From: Squalus acanthias
Taxonomy: Eukaryota
NCBI GenBank assembly: GCA_030390025.1
Contig: CM059431.1
Span: 149,608,001-149,672,000, forward strand
DNA: 64,000 nucleotides
Direction of reading: 5' to 3'
How positions within the stretch are numbered: position 1 is the first letter of the stretch; each line of letters opens with the position of its first letter. Position numbers and translations under genes: made by a program. This document shows positions 26,843 to 38,321 of this stretch, piece after piece. The notes under the pieces were generated by a model, which made no database searches, had not been told where the DNA came from, and saw only the letters and a list, made by a program, of their open reading frames with translations.

Positions 26843-28291
26843 AATATTTTAACGAGATAGTCTCTCCCTCAGGGACTCCTTTTAAAGAGAGTGTCTCGCC
26901 ATCAGAGACCCTTTTAAAGAGTTTGTCTCAACATCAGGGATACCTTTAAAAGAAAGAGTCTCACAATCAGGGACCCCTTTTAAAGAAAGAATTTCACCAT
27001 CAAGTATCCCATTTAAACAGGGAGTCTCACCATCAGGGGCCCGTTTTAATGAAGGTCTCACCATCAGGGACAAATTTTAAAGAGGGAGTCATCCCATCAG
27101 GGAAACCTTTTAAAGAAAGAGTGTCGCCATCATGGACCCCTTTTAAAGAGGGAGTCTCACTATCAGGAACCCATTTTAAAGAGGCTGTTTCAGCAACAGG
27201 GACCACATTTAAAGAAAGAGTCTCACCATCAAGGGCCCCTTTTAATGAGGGAGTATACCCATCAGGGTCCCCTTTTAAAGAGATAGTCTCACCATCATGG
27301 ACCCCTATTAAAGATAGAGTCTCACCATCAGGGACCCCTTTTAAAGAGGGAATCTTCCCATCAGGGGCCCCCATTAAAGAGGCAGTCTCACTATCAGGGA
27401 CAACTTTTAAAGAGAGAGTCTTTCTATCAGGGACCCCTTTTAAGGAGGGACTCTCACCCTCGGGGACTCTTCTTAAAGAGAGAGTCTTTCTATCAGGGAC
27501 CCCTTTTTAAGAGAGAGTCTCCCCATTAAGGAACCCTTTTAAAGAGGCTCACCATCTTGGACCACTTTAAAGAGGGTGTTTCAGCATCAGGGACTCCTAT
27601 TAAGGATGGAGTCTCAACATCAGGGACCCATTTAAAGAGACAGTCTCAACATCAGGGACCACTTTTAAAGAGAGTCTCAACATTAGGGACCCATTTTAAA
27701 GAGGGAGTGTTACCATCAGGGACAACCTTTAAAGACCGTTTTCTATCAGGGACCCTTTTTAAAGAGGGAGTCACACGGTCAGGGACTCATTTTAAAGAGA
27801 TAGTCTTTCTATCAGGGACCCCATTTAATTGGAGGGTCGCTCCACCAGGGACCCATTTTAAAGAGGGAGTCTCACCATCAGGGACCCTTTTTTAAGAGAG
27901 AGTTTCACCATCACGGATCACTTTTAAACAGGAAGACTCACCGTCAGAGACCCTTTTAAAGAGGGAGTCGTTATAACAGGGACCCCTTTTAAAGAGGGTG
28001 TCTCCCTATCAGGTACCACTTTTAAAGAGGAAGTCTCACCATCAGGGTCTCCTTTTAAAGAGGGAGTCTCATCATGAGTGGCCCTTTTAAAGAGGGAGTC
28101 TCATCATGAGTGGCCCTTTTTAAAGAGTGTGTCTCACCATCAGGGAGCCCTTTTAAAGGTAGTCTTACCATCAGTGTCCCCTTTTAAAGGGGGAGTCTTA
28201 AGATAAGGACCCCTTTTGAAGAGAGAGTCTCACCATCAGGGATCCCTTTAAAAGAGGAAGTCTCACCATCAAGGTTCCCTTTTAAAGAGGG

Positions 28292-28382
28292 ACAAATGTG
28301 AGAAGTCGCAAAACACCAGGTTATAGTCCAACAGCTTTATTTGAAAGCACAAGCTTTCGGAGCGCTGCTCCTTCGTCAGATT
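28292..28382 (-). mobile_element. Solo PLE pseudo-LTR fragment with hammerhead-like core, inserted in satellite B
   Basis: Matches 15634-15714. Minus strand reads CTGACGA-AGGAGCAGCGCTCC-GAAAGCTT at 28351-28379. Confidence 0.85.
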
Positions 28383-30856
28383 GAGTCTCACCATCAGGCT
28401 CCCATTTTAAAGAGAGAGCCTTTCTCTCAGGGCCTCCTTTTGAAGAGGGCGTCTTTCTAGAGAGAGAGTCTCCCCATTAGGGACACATATTAAAGAGGCA
28501 ATCTCTCCATAAGAGAAACCTTTTAAAGAGAGAGTCCAACCATCCGGGTCCCCTTTTAAAGAAGGAGTCTCACCCTCAAGGACCTACTTACAAGGGGGAG
28601 TCATCATTAGAGACCCCTTCTAAAGAGAGAATCTTACTATCAGGGACCCCTTTTAAAATTGGAGTCTCACCCTCGGGGATTATTTTTAAAGAGAGAGTCT
28701 TTCTATCTGGGATCACTTTTATAGATAGAGTCTCCGCATTAGGGACACCTTTTAAAGAGGCTCACCATCAGAGACCACATTTAAAAAGGGTGGTTAAGTA
28801 TCAGAGACCCCTTTTAAAGAGAGAGTCTCACCCTCAGGGACCCCTTTTAAAGAAGGAGACTCACCGCCAGAGACCAATTTAAAGAGGGAGTCTTTCTATC
28901 AGGGACACCTTTTAAAGAGGGAGTCTCAACATCAGGTGCCCCTTTTGAAGAGGGAGTCTCAGCATCAGGGACCCATTTTAAAGAGAGAATCTCTCCATCA
29001 GGGACCCCTTTTAAAGAAATAGTCTCACCATCAGAGACCCTTTCAAAGATAGTCTCACGATCAGGGACCCCTTTTAAAGAGGGTGTTTCTCCATCAGGGA
29101 TCTCTTTTAAAGAGGGAGTCACACGGTCAGGGACTCATTTTAAAGAGATAGTCTTTCTATCAGGGACCCCATTTAATTGGAGGGTCGCTCCACCAGGGAC
29201 CCCTTTTAAAGAGGGAGTCTCACCATCAGGGACCCTTTTTTAAGAGAGAGTCTCACCCTCAGGGACCCCTTTTAAAGAAGGAGACTCACCGCCAGAGACC
29301 AATTTAAAGAGGGAGTCTTTCTATCAGGGACACCTTTTAAAGAGGGAGTCTCAACATCAGGTGCCCCTTTTGAAGAGGGAGTCTCAGCATCAGGGACCCA
29401 TTTTAAAGAGAGAATCTCTCCATCAGGGACCCCTTTTAAAGAAATAGTCTCACCATCAGAGACCCTTTCAAAGATAGTCTCACGATCAGGGACCCCTTTT
29501 AAAGAGGGTGTTTCTCCATCAGGGATCTCTTTTAAAGAGGGAGTCTCACCATCAGGGACCTCTTTTAAAGAGGGAGTCTCACCATCAGGGACCCCTTTTA
29601 AAGAGAGAGTCTTTCTATCAAGGACCCCTTTTAAAGAGGACGTCTTTCTATCAGGGACCCCATAAAGAGAGAGTCACCCCATTAGGGACACTTTTAAAGA
29701 GGCAGACTCACCATCAGGGACCACTTTTGAAGTGGATGTTTCAGCATCAGGTATTCCGATTAAAGAGGGAATCTCACCATCAGTGACCACATTTAAACAG
29801 GGAGTCACACCATCAGGGAGCCCTTTCAAAGAGAGAATTTCACCATCAGGGTCCATTTTAAAGTGGGAGTCTTTCTATGAGCGAGCCCTTTTCAAGTGGG
29901 TATTAGCATCAGGGACCCCTTTTAAAGAGGGAGTGTCTTCTTCAGTGGCTGCTTGTAAAGATGGAGTCTCAACAACAGGGCCCACTTTTTAAGAGGGAGT
30001 CTCCCCAACAGGACCACTTTTAAAGAGATTCTCACCATCAGGCGCCCCTTTTAAAGCGGGAGTCTCACCAAGGGGTGCCTTTTAAGGAGGACGTCTCACC
30101 ATCAGGGAGCCCTTTTAAACGAGAGAGTCTCCATATTAGTCACCCCTTTTAAAGAGTAAGTCTCCCCATTAGAGACATCTTTTAAAGAGAGAATCTCACC
30201 ATTAGGGAGCACATTTAAAGAGGGTGTATCCCATTCAGGGACCACTATTAATGACAGAGTCTCTCTACCAGGGACCCATTTTAAAGAGGGAGTCTCACCA
30301 ACAGGTACCCTTATCAAGACCGTGTCTCAGTATCAGGTACCCATTTAAAGAGGCAATCGTTCTATCAGGGACCCCTTTTAAAGAGGGTGTCTCATCATCA
30401 GGGATCCCTTTTAAAGAGTGAGTCTCAGCCTCGGGGACGCATTTTAAAGAGAAAGTCTATCTATCAGGGACGCCTTTTAAAGAGGGTGTCTTTCTTTTAG
30501 CGAATCATTTTAAGGAGAGATTGCCCCGTATAGGGACACCTTTTAAAGAGGCACTCTCACCATCAGGGAAAACTTTTGAAGCGGGTGTTTCAGCATCAGG
30601 GACTCCTATTTATGAGGGTGTCTCAACATCAGGGAGCCCTTTTAAAGAAAGAGTCTCTCCATCACGGACCACTTTTAAAGAGGATGTGTATCCACAGGGA
30701 CCCCTTTTAAAGAGGGAGTCATTCTAACAGGGAGTCCGTTTAAAGAGGGAGTCTCACCATCAGAGGCCCAATTTAAAATGAGAGTCGCACCATCAGCGAC
30801 CCCTTTTAATGTGGGTGTATCCCCTTCAGGGACCCATTTTAAGGATAGAGTCTCTC

Positions 30857-31399
30857 TGAATCGATAATTACTAGTCCTAGCCCCTTTAGGCCTACCCCGG
30901 ATCAGGCGTTTTCCCCAGACGTTCAATTTCAACTAAAATTTGAGGTAGCCGAATCCTAAAGATGCTTAATTGGGTCTTAAGGACCAAACTGACTATCCCT
31001 AAAGGAAAGGAACAACCTAAAGATGTTACCGTCCGCCAGATAGCACTTTTAATAAGTTTAGCTAGACTTTAACATTCCGGATCTTATGAGGGTCCGGGAA
31101 GCTCCTTCAGAATTCTACAGCTCCTCAGCAGAAAGTGTACAGAGATTCAGTTTGCGAATTTGATACAGAAATAGTATTTGAGACAATTCTAAAAATATAT
31201 AAATTTATTAAAGAACCGACATGTAATTTACAGTTGGTGATTCAATCGCAACATTAACAGTTGCAAAAACAAAAATCTTACAATTCTATTATCAGAGATC
31301 CTTATTCTCAAATCTTAACTTCACTAGTTTTACAGTTCTTAGTTTATTCCAGGATATTCACCAAACTCAAATACAAGTACCTTGATCCCCAAGATACAA
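30857..31399 (-). repeat. Partial 3' LTR (R/U5 portion only)
   Basis: Aligns to 36901-37580 apart from the 37013-37135 insertion. Similarity ends abruptly at CCCCAAGATACAA. Confidence 0.9.
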
Positions 31400-34300
31400 G
31401 CATCGCGTGGAGGAGTCCACGACACCATCTGACTGACTGTCGTCAGTAGTTCGATCGCATCCATTTCCTTTGTCGTGCTCCACGCTGGGTCTTGAAAGAC
31501 AGCGTATTATTCCTCCATTTCGGTATCCCGCAGTACATCTTTTGAGATTATCTATGGAGACAGTTTTAAGAATATGCTTGCCATTCGGCTCATCAATATG
31601 TTTTTTAACTGTTCTTTCGTTAATAACAGCATGCATTTGAGCAGGTTTTTACAACTTCGGTCTTAAACCAGGTTTTTGCTCGAACCTCTTTTCCTGTACC
31701 CATTCTCTTACTAGGGGTTGCCATGCTTTGTTTGTCAATTTTTTCTGCCTATTTGCCTCCCTTATCCTCTGATCAATTTGATGAATCTGCTCTGTTTCTT
31801 CTTTTTTTCAAATCTATCTGTCGCTGTCGGGTCAAGGACTCAGAGTGCAGAGGCAATAAAAGAAGTATGGGTATGCATCTCAACTCCATACATCAGATAA
31901 TATAGAGTTTTAGGGGACACTGTCCCTGATGCAGATGCGGGCAGATTATTAAGTGATATCTGCACCTCCGGAATGAAGGTGGTCCAATTATTTCCCTGAT
32001 TCTCAACAGTTTGACCAATAGCTTTTTTACTTCCTGGATTTTAAGTTCCAGCAGCCCCGCAGATTGCGGATGACATGGCGTGCTGTGCTGTCACCCAATC
32101 CCCCTTCGTTCGCAATAGTCTTTGAAGACCTTGGAAACAAAGGCTCCGCCTTGATCGGAGTGTAAGATTTTGGCTGCACCAGCTACAGTATTTATGTCAG
32201 TAATAGCATTGGCGAGTGCGTTTTCCGAAACAGTTTTTGTGGAGATCAGTCAGGAGAAGGAACTGCATCCATCTACACAATCGAGAACATGTCTATATCC
32301 CAAAGACGGGGCAAGTGGTCCAATAAAGTTAATAAATAATTTTCCGATTAGCTCATCAGCTTTCACAGGAGCCAATGGTGTTGGCTTAATTAGTGATGAG
32401 TTATTGGTTTAATAGCATGGCTCACAATTTGCCACGTATGTTTTACAAGCCTTAAGAATGCCTGGCCACCAATATAAGGGGGTCAATTTGCAGAATGTTG
32501 TTCTGGCACCACAATGTGCTTGACCTATGCGCTCGTGAGCTTCTTTTACAAGTTGTTCTCGTTTATGTATCGGGGGTACTTATCTGGTGCCCTTGGGCAA
32601 CTTAACTAGCACAATACCCATAGGGGTTTCCGAGTCAAATCCTGGTCGATTCTCTTTTGTTGGGTCTAACAGCGGAATCAGTTCCTCATCCTGATGAGCT
32701 GCCCGTTCTGCCCTTGTGATTATACTTATATTGGCAGCCCCCTCTCCAGGGGGTTTCATGCAGACCGAACATTTTGCTTGTTCCTCTGCAAGACTGTTTC
32801 CTTTTGAGTGTACTGCCCCAGTAGTATGCCCGTTTTCATGAATCACCTGACAATTCTGTTTCTCCATTCTCGAATGAAGAATGTCTTCCCACAATGACTT
32901 ATGTTTTATGGGTTAACCCTTATGATTGGTAAAATTTGTTTGTTCGCATAAAACTAGATATTGGTTCTATCCTCTTTTACTGTAGTCACTATCCTTACGG
33001 ATTAGTATGGGTTGAATAGGGTCTGCCTATTCTAAAGCATCCCTTAATGCTGCGGCTTCAGCATATTGCGCTGTCTTATGGCCAAGTGGTATGGACAGTA
33101 ATTCTTCTGGAGAATAAGAATAGGAATCTCGAAAAGTCCCTACTAATATCCCCATCCCAGCTGAGGATAGTTGGGTTGTCCTTTTTGAAACGTCATTGAA
33201 GATCCATCACAGTAAATGATTGACGGTACTCTGTAAGCGGTCTCATAGGTATTTGTCTGATTCCCACATTCGTATCATCATCCTTCATGATGAGGAGATG
33301 CTCTCAGTCCATTTCCGGGGAGAGGAATTTAAAAATGAGTGTAGGATCATTCTTGAACGATGCCCATTTATTATATCGGATGTGTGTGGCTCTTTTTTCA
33401 TCAGAGGCCATCCTCACTACTGATCTTAAATCGGGAATCTCAGTATGGATTGTAATGAGCTATTTCCCTTGAAGGGTCCGTGTCTTGATGAGGCATTGGA
33501 CTGGCATAGTCATGACACTTTCTTTTTTAATGTGCCTCCTTTCGAAATTGGAATATATAAGAATGGAATTGAAGGGCACTATGATCTTTTCATTATAGAA
33601 AACTGCATCTGCCACATTAGGTGATGACCTGAGATGAATATTGAGGGGAAATGGTAAGTCCCTCTTTTCCAGGCCTATGGCTTTCTATACCTCTCGGCAT
33701 AATTGTTGCAATTTTGAGTAATCGTCTGGTGAAAATATGAATGGTCCTTTTGCTGCTTCGCCCACTCTAGCATACAGGGGTGTTGAGAGCTCGGCAAAGA
33801 TTGGCGTAAATGGATCAAGCAAAATTCAGGAGTCCTAAATTTGCTTGAGATTTTTTAGCATTTTAGGATATTGAATGGTGGCTATTGTTCTTTATAGGAT
33901 TGAGTTAACCCTCTAACGTTTCCAGTTATTCGCAGGCCCAGAAAATCTACCTCTTCCCTGACTAGTTGACTCTTTTGTATGTTGATTAAGTACCCAGCAG
34001 TTGTAAGTCTGGATAAAACACTATCAATGGCGTTTAAGTGTTCTTGGAGATTTCCATGTGACAGGTATATATCGTCCACATAAGAATTGACGTTAGGTCG
34101 GTCTTTTAAAAGGTCAATGATGTGGGCTGAATACAGAACGGGACTGTTTTGAAAAACCTGGGGCAATCTGGTCCAGCAATACAGATAAACATCGTGTCAA
34201 TTCATCGCTGTTTTTGACCAATCAGGTTTTTAGTTTGGATGTGGCCAGAAGCCGTTTGCTAGATAAATACAACATTTATATTTTTCCCTCATGATTCCAG

Positions 34301-34990
34301 AGAGAAGGTCTGTGGAATTTTGCTGTTGTGCAGTATGTGGGGCCGTTATCTTATTTAAGGCTGAATAATTGACCACTAATCTCCACATCCCATCTGGTTT
34401 AGCAACACCAAACAATGGTGAATTAGTTCAAGATGCCATTTTGATTAAGACATCTTGTTCTGTTAGTTCTTTGAGTGTTGTTAGGAGATCTATGTTTCCT
34501 TTGTGGTCCTGAATAGGCCACTGTATTTTAAGTTTGTGCCATCCAGCATAAAGTGGGTGGGGTTTGATGTCTATTTTTCCACATTGATTTGGATGATTTG
34601 TAGATAAGGGTAGTATCTATTAAAGAGTTGCTCGAGGAGATCTTTGCATCCCCCCTCTAGGTAACTTTGCTCAAGCTGTGTCCGAAAATATTTTTCCTTG
34701 TCATCCTTGTCTGTGAATGCTTCGACAGGTCTGGTTGAGATTTTAAGGTAATGTTTCATGTCTGGTTGTCCTATTATGAGGGAATAGGTCAATTGTAGTA
34801 CCAGTCCTACATCTAGAGTCATCATGATTACATATATGATAATAGCTATTTTGTAAACATTAATTTGTCTCGAGTGAATCCCCCTAATGGTCTTTTACAA
34901 AAATGGGCTCCCCAAATCTGTCCACCAAGTTTTTATAATTGCAGGATCTATTACAGTGTAATCAGCTCTCGTATCAAACAGGGCCTTCAC
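31400..34990 (-). pseudogene. pol: Foamy-like pro-pol (protease, RT, RNase H, integrase) with many stops and frameshifts
   Basis: Protease ALFDTRAD. RT KPDGMWRLVVNY..LNK, KYKCCIYLANGFWPHP, PQVFQNSP, SYVDDIYLSH. RNase H IYCDGS, HKTAQYAE, HENGH, GNSLAE. Integrase H..H..YWWPG..C..C, HSDQGGAF, HPQSAG, C-terminal INERTV...TVSIDNLK. Confidence 0.92.
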
Positions 34991-36655
34991 TTATTTGTTT
35001 GTGGGCAATGTTGCCAGGGCATAGGTGAATTCAAGAGGCCCTGGCTGGATGCCAGGCCTTAAATCCTGGGATTGTTCATCCTCAGGTTCCTGAGTTTCAT
35101 TTGATGCTTTGTCTTTTATTATTTTGACTGATTTTTGTTCCTCCCTCTTGGGGGTTTCATGTTTTTCAGATCCCTTACGTGGTTTGTCGAACCGTTTATT
35201 ATCTTGACGATCCTCCTGTTGGGGTGAACGTTGGTTCTGCCAGGAAGCCTTTTGATCTCCATTTCGGTTTCCCCGGTATCCTCCCATGGCTCTCTGGCAG
35301 TTTTGACCAGTGTAAATGCTGTCCCCATTGGTAGTCCACTTTCTTTCGCTTTCCTTTCGAGCTCTAGCCCCTCCTCTATCACATCTTTCTGGGGAGAATT
35401 TTTTCATGTAGAGCGGGCGAGTTGGGGGTGTAAACCTTCTGGAATACGCTCTTGGGGGTCCCGAGCCACGAGTTTGTGTCTGGGCGGGGTGTACTTGAGA
35501 CTTGTGTCTGTACAGTCCTTGCTTCTGTGTACCAAAGGTACCATCTCCGGTGTTTTTATGCCTAATTTCTGATCTCATTATAGGTTTAGTTTGGGGTAGT
35601 ACTAAGAGGTCATGATTTAATTGCATAATGCGATTGACATTATCCCATCTTTGTTGGTTATCTCGATAATCGTTTAGAGCACCCTCACAGGCATGTTTGA
35701 GGGCTGTATTTTGGTATTGATTGGCTAGGCAACCTTGGACAATATCACAGTTATCCTGTGTAAGTACTTTGCCTAATCTGTAGGCAGCTACCAGCCCTTT
35801 AGTTGTGGCTGTATTAGTGAGTATTTCCTTGATGGATACCTTTACATGCCCTCCCTGAGTTGCCGTGATAACATAGGCGTATATTTGAACCCAGTTGTTA
35901 CACTTGTTTAATGGGTGAATTAAGTCTGAACTCAGTATCATTTGCATTAGTTGCCTCAGGTGTTGGGCATTCCAATCTTGGCAACAGGTTTCCAATTTAT
36001 CAAGTTTAGTTAGAATCCAGCAGATTTTTTCCCGGCTGGTGTTTCCCGGTCTACCACACATTGTGTAGATAGAGCTCAGGTTTACTTGACCTAGGGGTGC
36101 AATGCGTGGTTGCTGGGGTTGGCTTACTGGACCAGTAATCATTATACCTACAGCATTTAGATAAGATTGAGCTAGTTCCTGTCGGCATTGGTTATAATGG
36201 ATTCTATGCTGTCTATAATTTTCTCGAAGATTCTGGTAATTTATTTCATCATGAGCTTGCCAACTTAATCGGAATCCATGGCCTCGTGGACCATAGGCTG
36301 CACCGGGTCCTACTGTTCGGCCATGGTTGCCAACACCTTTTTATGCACCATTCATTAGGCCTCCCAATTGTGCGGGTGTGCACATTATCATTAAGGAATT
36401 TAGTAGATTTGGAGTAGATGTTTGATTATCCCACCGGATATTCTGTATCCTCTGGTTCTGGGGATCAACATCAAACGTGCCATGAGTTTTAACGGCTCCG
36501 TCGGCATCAAAGCGTTCTATTTGAAAAATTATCACTTGGCTTTGTGGAGGTACAGAGATAGGATTATTTCCCCGAATAAGGCAATCGTTTGAATGTCATA
36601 ATAAAAAGACTTGCTCCATTCGGAGAGGGTTTGCCATTTCGTCAGGATCTAACAT
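34991..36655 (-). pseudogene. gag: Foamy-like gag; one frame from ATG 36655/36637 with two internal stops; 36142-34991 is open (383 aa)
   Basis: Capsid-like segments IYTMCGRPGNTSREKICWI and TKGLVAAYRLGKVLTQDNCDIVQG resemble spumavirus Gag as I recall it. The C-terminal region is Gly/Arg-rich and basic with no CCHC knuckle. Lies between the PBS and the protease. Confidence 0.85.
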
Positions 36656-36880
36656 CGGTTAAGGTTTAACTTGAAATTTATAAGAAATTTCTCGACCTCA
36701 ATGGTATATTGAGCGAGTTCTGATTTAAGTTCCACAAGGCCTGATCAGGTAATTGTCATCTCTAGAGACTTAATTCTGGGTCTTAGTACCACTGTCAGTA
36801 AAACACTCCTTCTATACTTAACAATCTACAAAATGGATATAGATTTAAATATAAGTATAGGCTCTGTATCAACTCGTTAA

Positions 36881-36898
36881 CACACAGGTTGGGCGCCA
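36881..36898 (-). promoter_or_regulatory. Primer binding site, tRNA-Lys1,2 type
   Basis: Minus strand TGGCGCCCAACCTGTGTG versus canonical TGGCGCCCAACGTGGGGC (first 11 nt identical), 2 nt after the LTR end at 36901. Confidence 0.85.
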
Positions 36899-36900
36899 AC

Positions 36901-38321
36901 CGAAGGGATAATTACTAATCCTAGCCCCTTTAGGGCTACACCGGAGAAGGCGTATTCCCCAGATGTTCGCTTTCAACTAAAGTTTGAGGTAACCGAATCC
37001 TTTAGACCCTTACGATAGCAAAATACTGCAGATGCTGGAAATCCGAAAGGTCATCGACCTGAAACGTCAACTCTCTTTCTCTCTCCACGGATGCTGCCTG
37101 GCCTGCTGAGTTTTTCCAGCGTTTTCTGTTGTTATTCCTTTAGACCCTTATTGGGTCTAAAGGTCCAGAGTATCTGTCCCTAAAGGAAAGAAAAAACCTG
37201 AAGATGTTACCGTCCTCTGAATAGCACTTTTAATAAGTTTAATTAGACTGTAACGTTCCGGGTATTATGAGGTTCCGGAAAACTCCCTCAGAATTCTGCA
37301 ACTCCTCACCAAAGAGTGCACAGAGATTGAGTTTGCGAGTGTGATACAGAAGTACTATTTGAGACAATTCTAAAAATATATAGATTTATTAAAGAACCGA
37401 TATGTAATTTACAGTTGATTATTCAATCGCAGCATTAACAGTTCCAAAAACAGAAATCTTACAATTCTATTATCAGAGATCCTTATTCTCAAATCTGAAA
37501 TTCGCTAGTTTTAGAGCTCTGAGTTTATTCCAGTGTATTCACCAATATCAAATACAGGTACCTTTATCCCCGAGATACAAAGAGATGTAGACTTACAGAG
37601 ACTGCCTCTGAAGCCGAGGTTTGCCTAGCCCCTTTACAGCGAATCTATCATCCCATTTGAAAGTCCAATATTTATAACCATTTTCAGTGGTAATTCCTTT
37701 GAAGTTTTCTGCTGATATAAGCTAATTATCTCTAGTCATTTTCCTGTTGACCCGTGCTATTCTTACAGTCAGTTCTACTGGTAGCAAGCAGACTCGTGTC
37801 TCTCCTTTAGGTGTTCGAAGCTTATCATAAAAACGATGTGACCAGCAGGTGCATCTATTTGATGACATTCTTACCAAGGTCTTATATGCAATTCTTAAGT
37901 CACCTCAGCTGGTTGCCACATAGAATCGTGTCTCCTAGGTGTTGATGCCTCCCTCACCTGATCCCATTCCCACGAAGTAATATGTTTCTTAATTTTCTGC
38001 GATTCTTTTGACGTCATTTTTACGAAAGCATATGTGTCTTCTTCTTTTATGTGTATCATTCCAAAGTGTTATTTAAGACACCTTAACAGGGTATACCAAT
38101 GTGTTCTTTCCAAGGCTTCAGACTTCAGGAACCTTTAACCTTCTGTTTCAACAGGGCTATTGATTCAGTGTCAACAACTTATCTTATCTCAATCGCCTGT
38201 ATGGTGAACAGCTTTTCCACTGTCAGTTTTTTTAGGTTTCCATGGACAGTTTGTCATGTTACAAAAACAAGAATATTTCAAAGAATGGTGTATTTTTCTG
38301 ATTATGGCTTATTCCTTCACA
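36901..38321 (-). repeat. 5' LTR (~1.28 kb without the nested insertion); candidate TATAAA 37671-37676, splice donor GTAAGT 37591-37596, AATAAA 37524-37529 and 37385-37390
   Basis: Bounded by the PBS and the TSD. Imperfect terminal inverted repeat TGTGAAGGAATAA...TTATCCCTTCG. Motifs read on the minus strand. Confidence 0.85.
37013..37135. mobile_element. 123-bp PLE-type pseudo-LTR-derived insertion in the 5' LTR
   Basis: 15-bp TSD TCCTTTAGACCCTTA (36998-37012, 37136-37150). Absent from the 3' LTR. Contains AGGTC-ATC-GACCT-GAAAC (half hammerhead-like) and resembles 41301-41420. Confidence 0.8.

Larger units (their letters stand above)
30857..38321 (-). mobile_element. Endogenous foamy (spumaretrovirus)-like provirus: 5'LTR-PBS-gag-pro/pol-[env and U3 deleted]-partial 3'LTR
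   Basis: Minus-strand termini TGTGAAGG (38321) and ...TTCA (30857). 4-bp TSD TCTC at 30853-30856 and 38322-38325. Direct repeat 30857-31399 matches 36901-37580. Lys-type PBS and foamy-type Gag, RT (YVDD), RNase H and IN motifs. Confidence 0.93.

Noticed and set aside
31680..31800. Foamy central polypurine tract
   Set aside because: Purine-rich stretches exist on the minus strand, but the 3' PPT needed for comparison is deleted, so none can be assigned.
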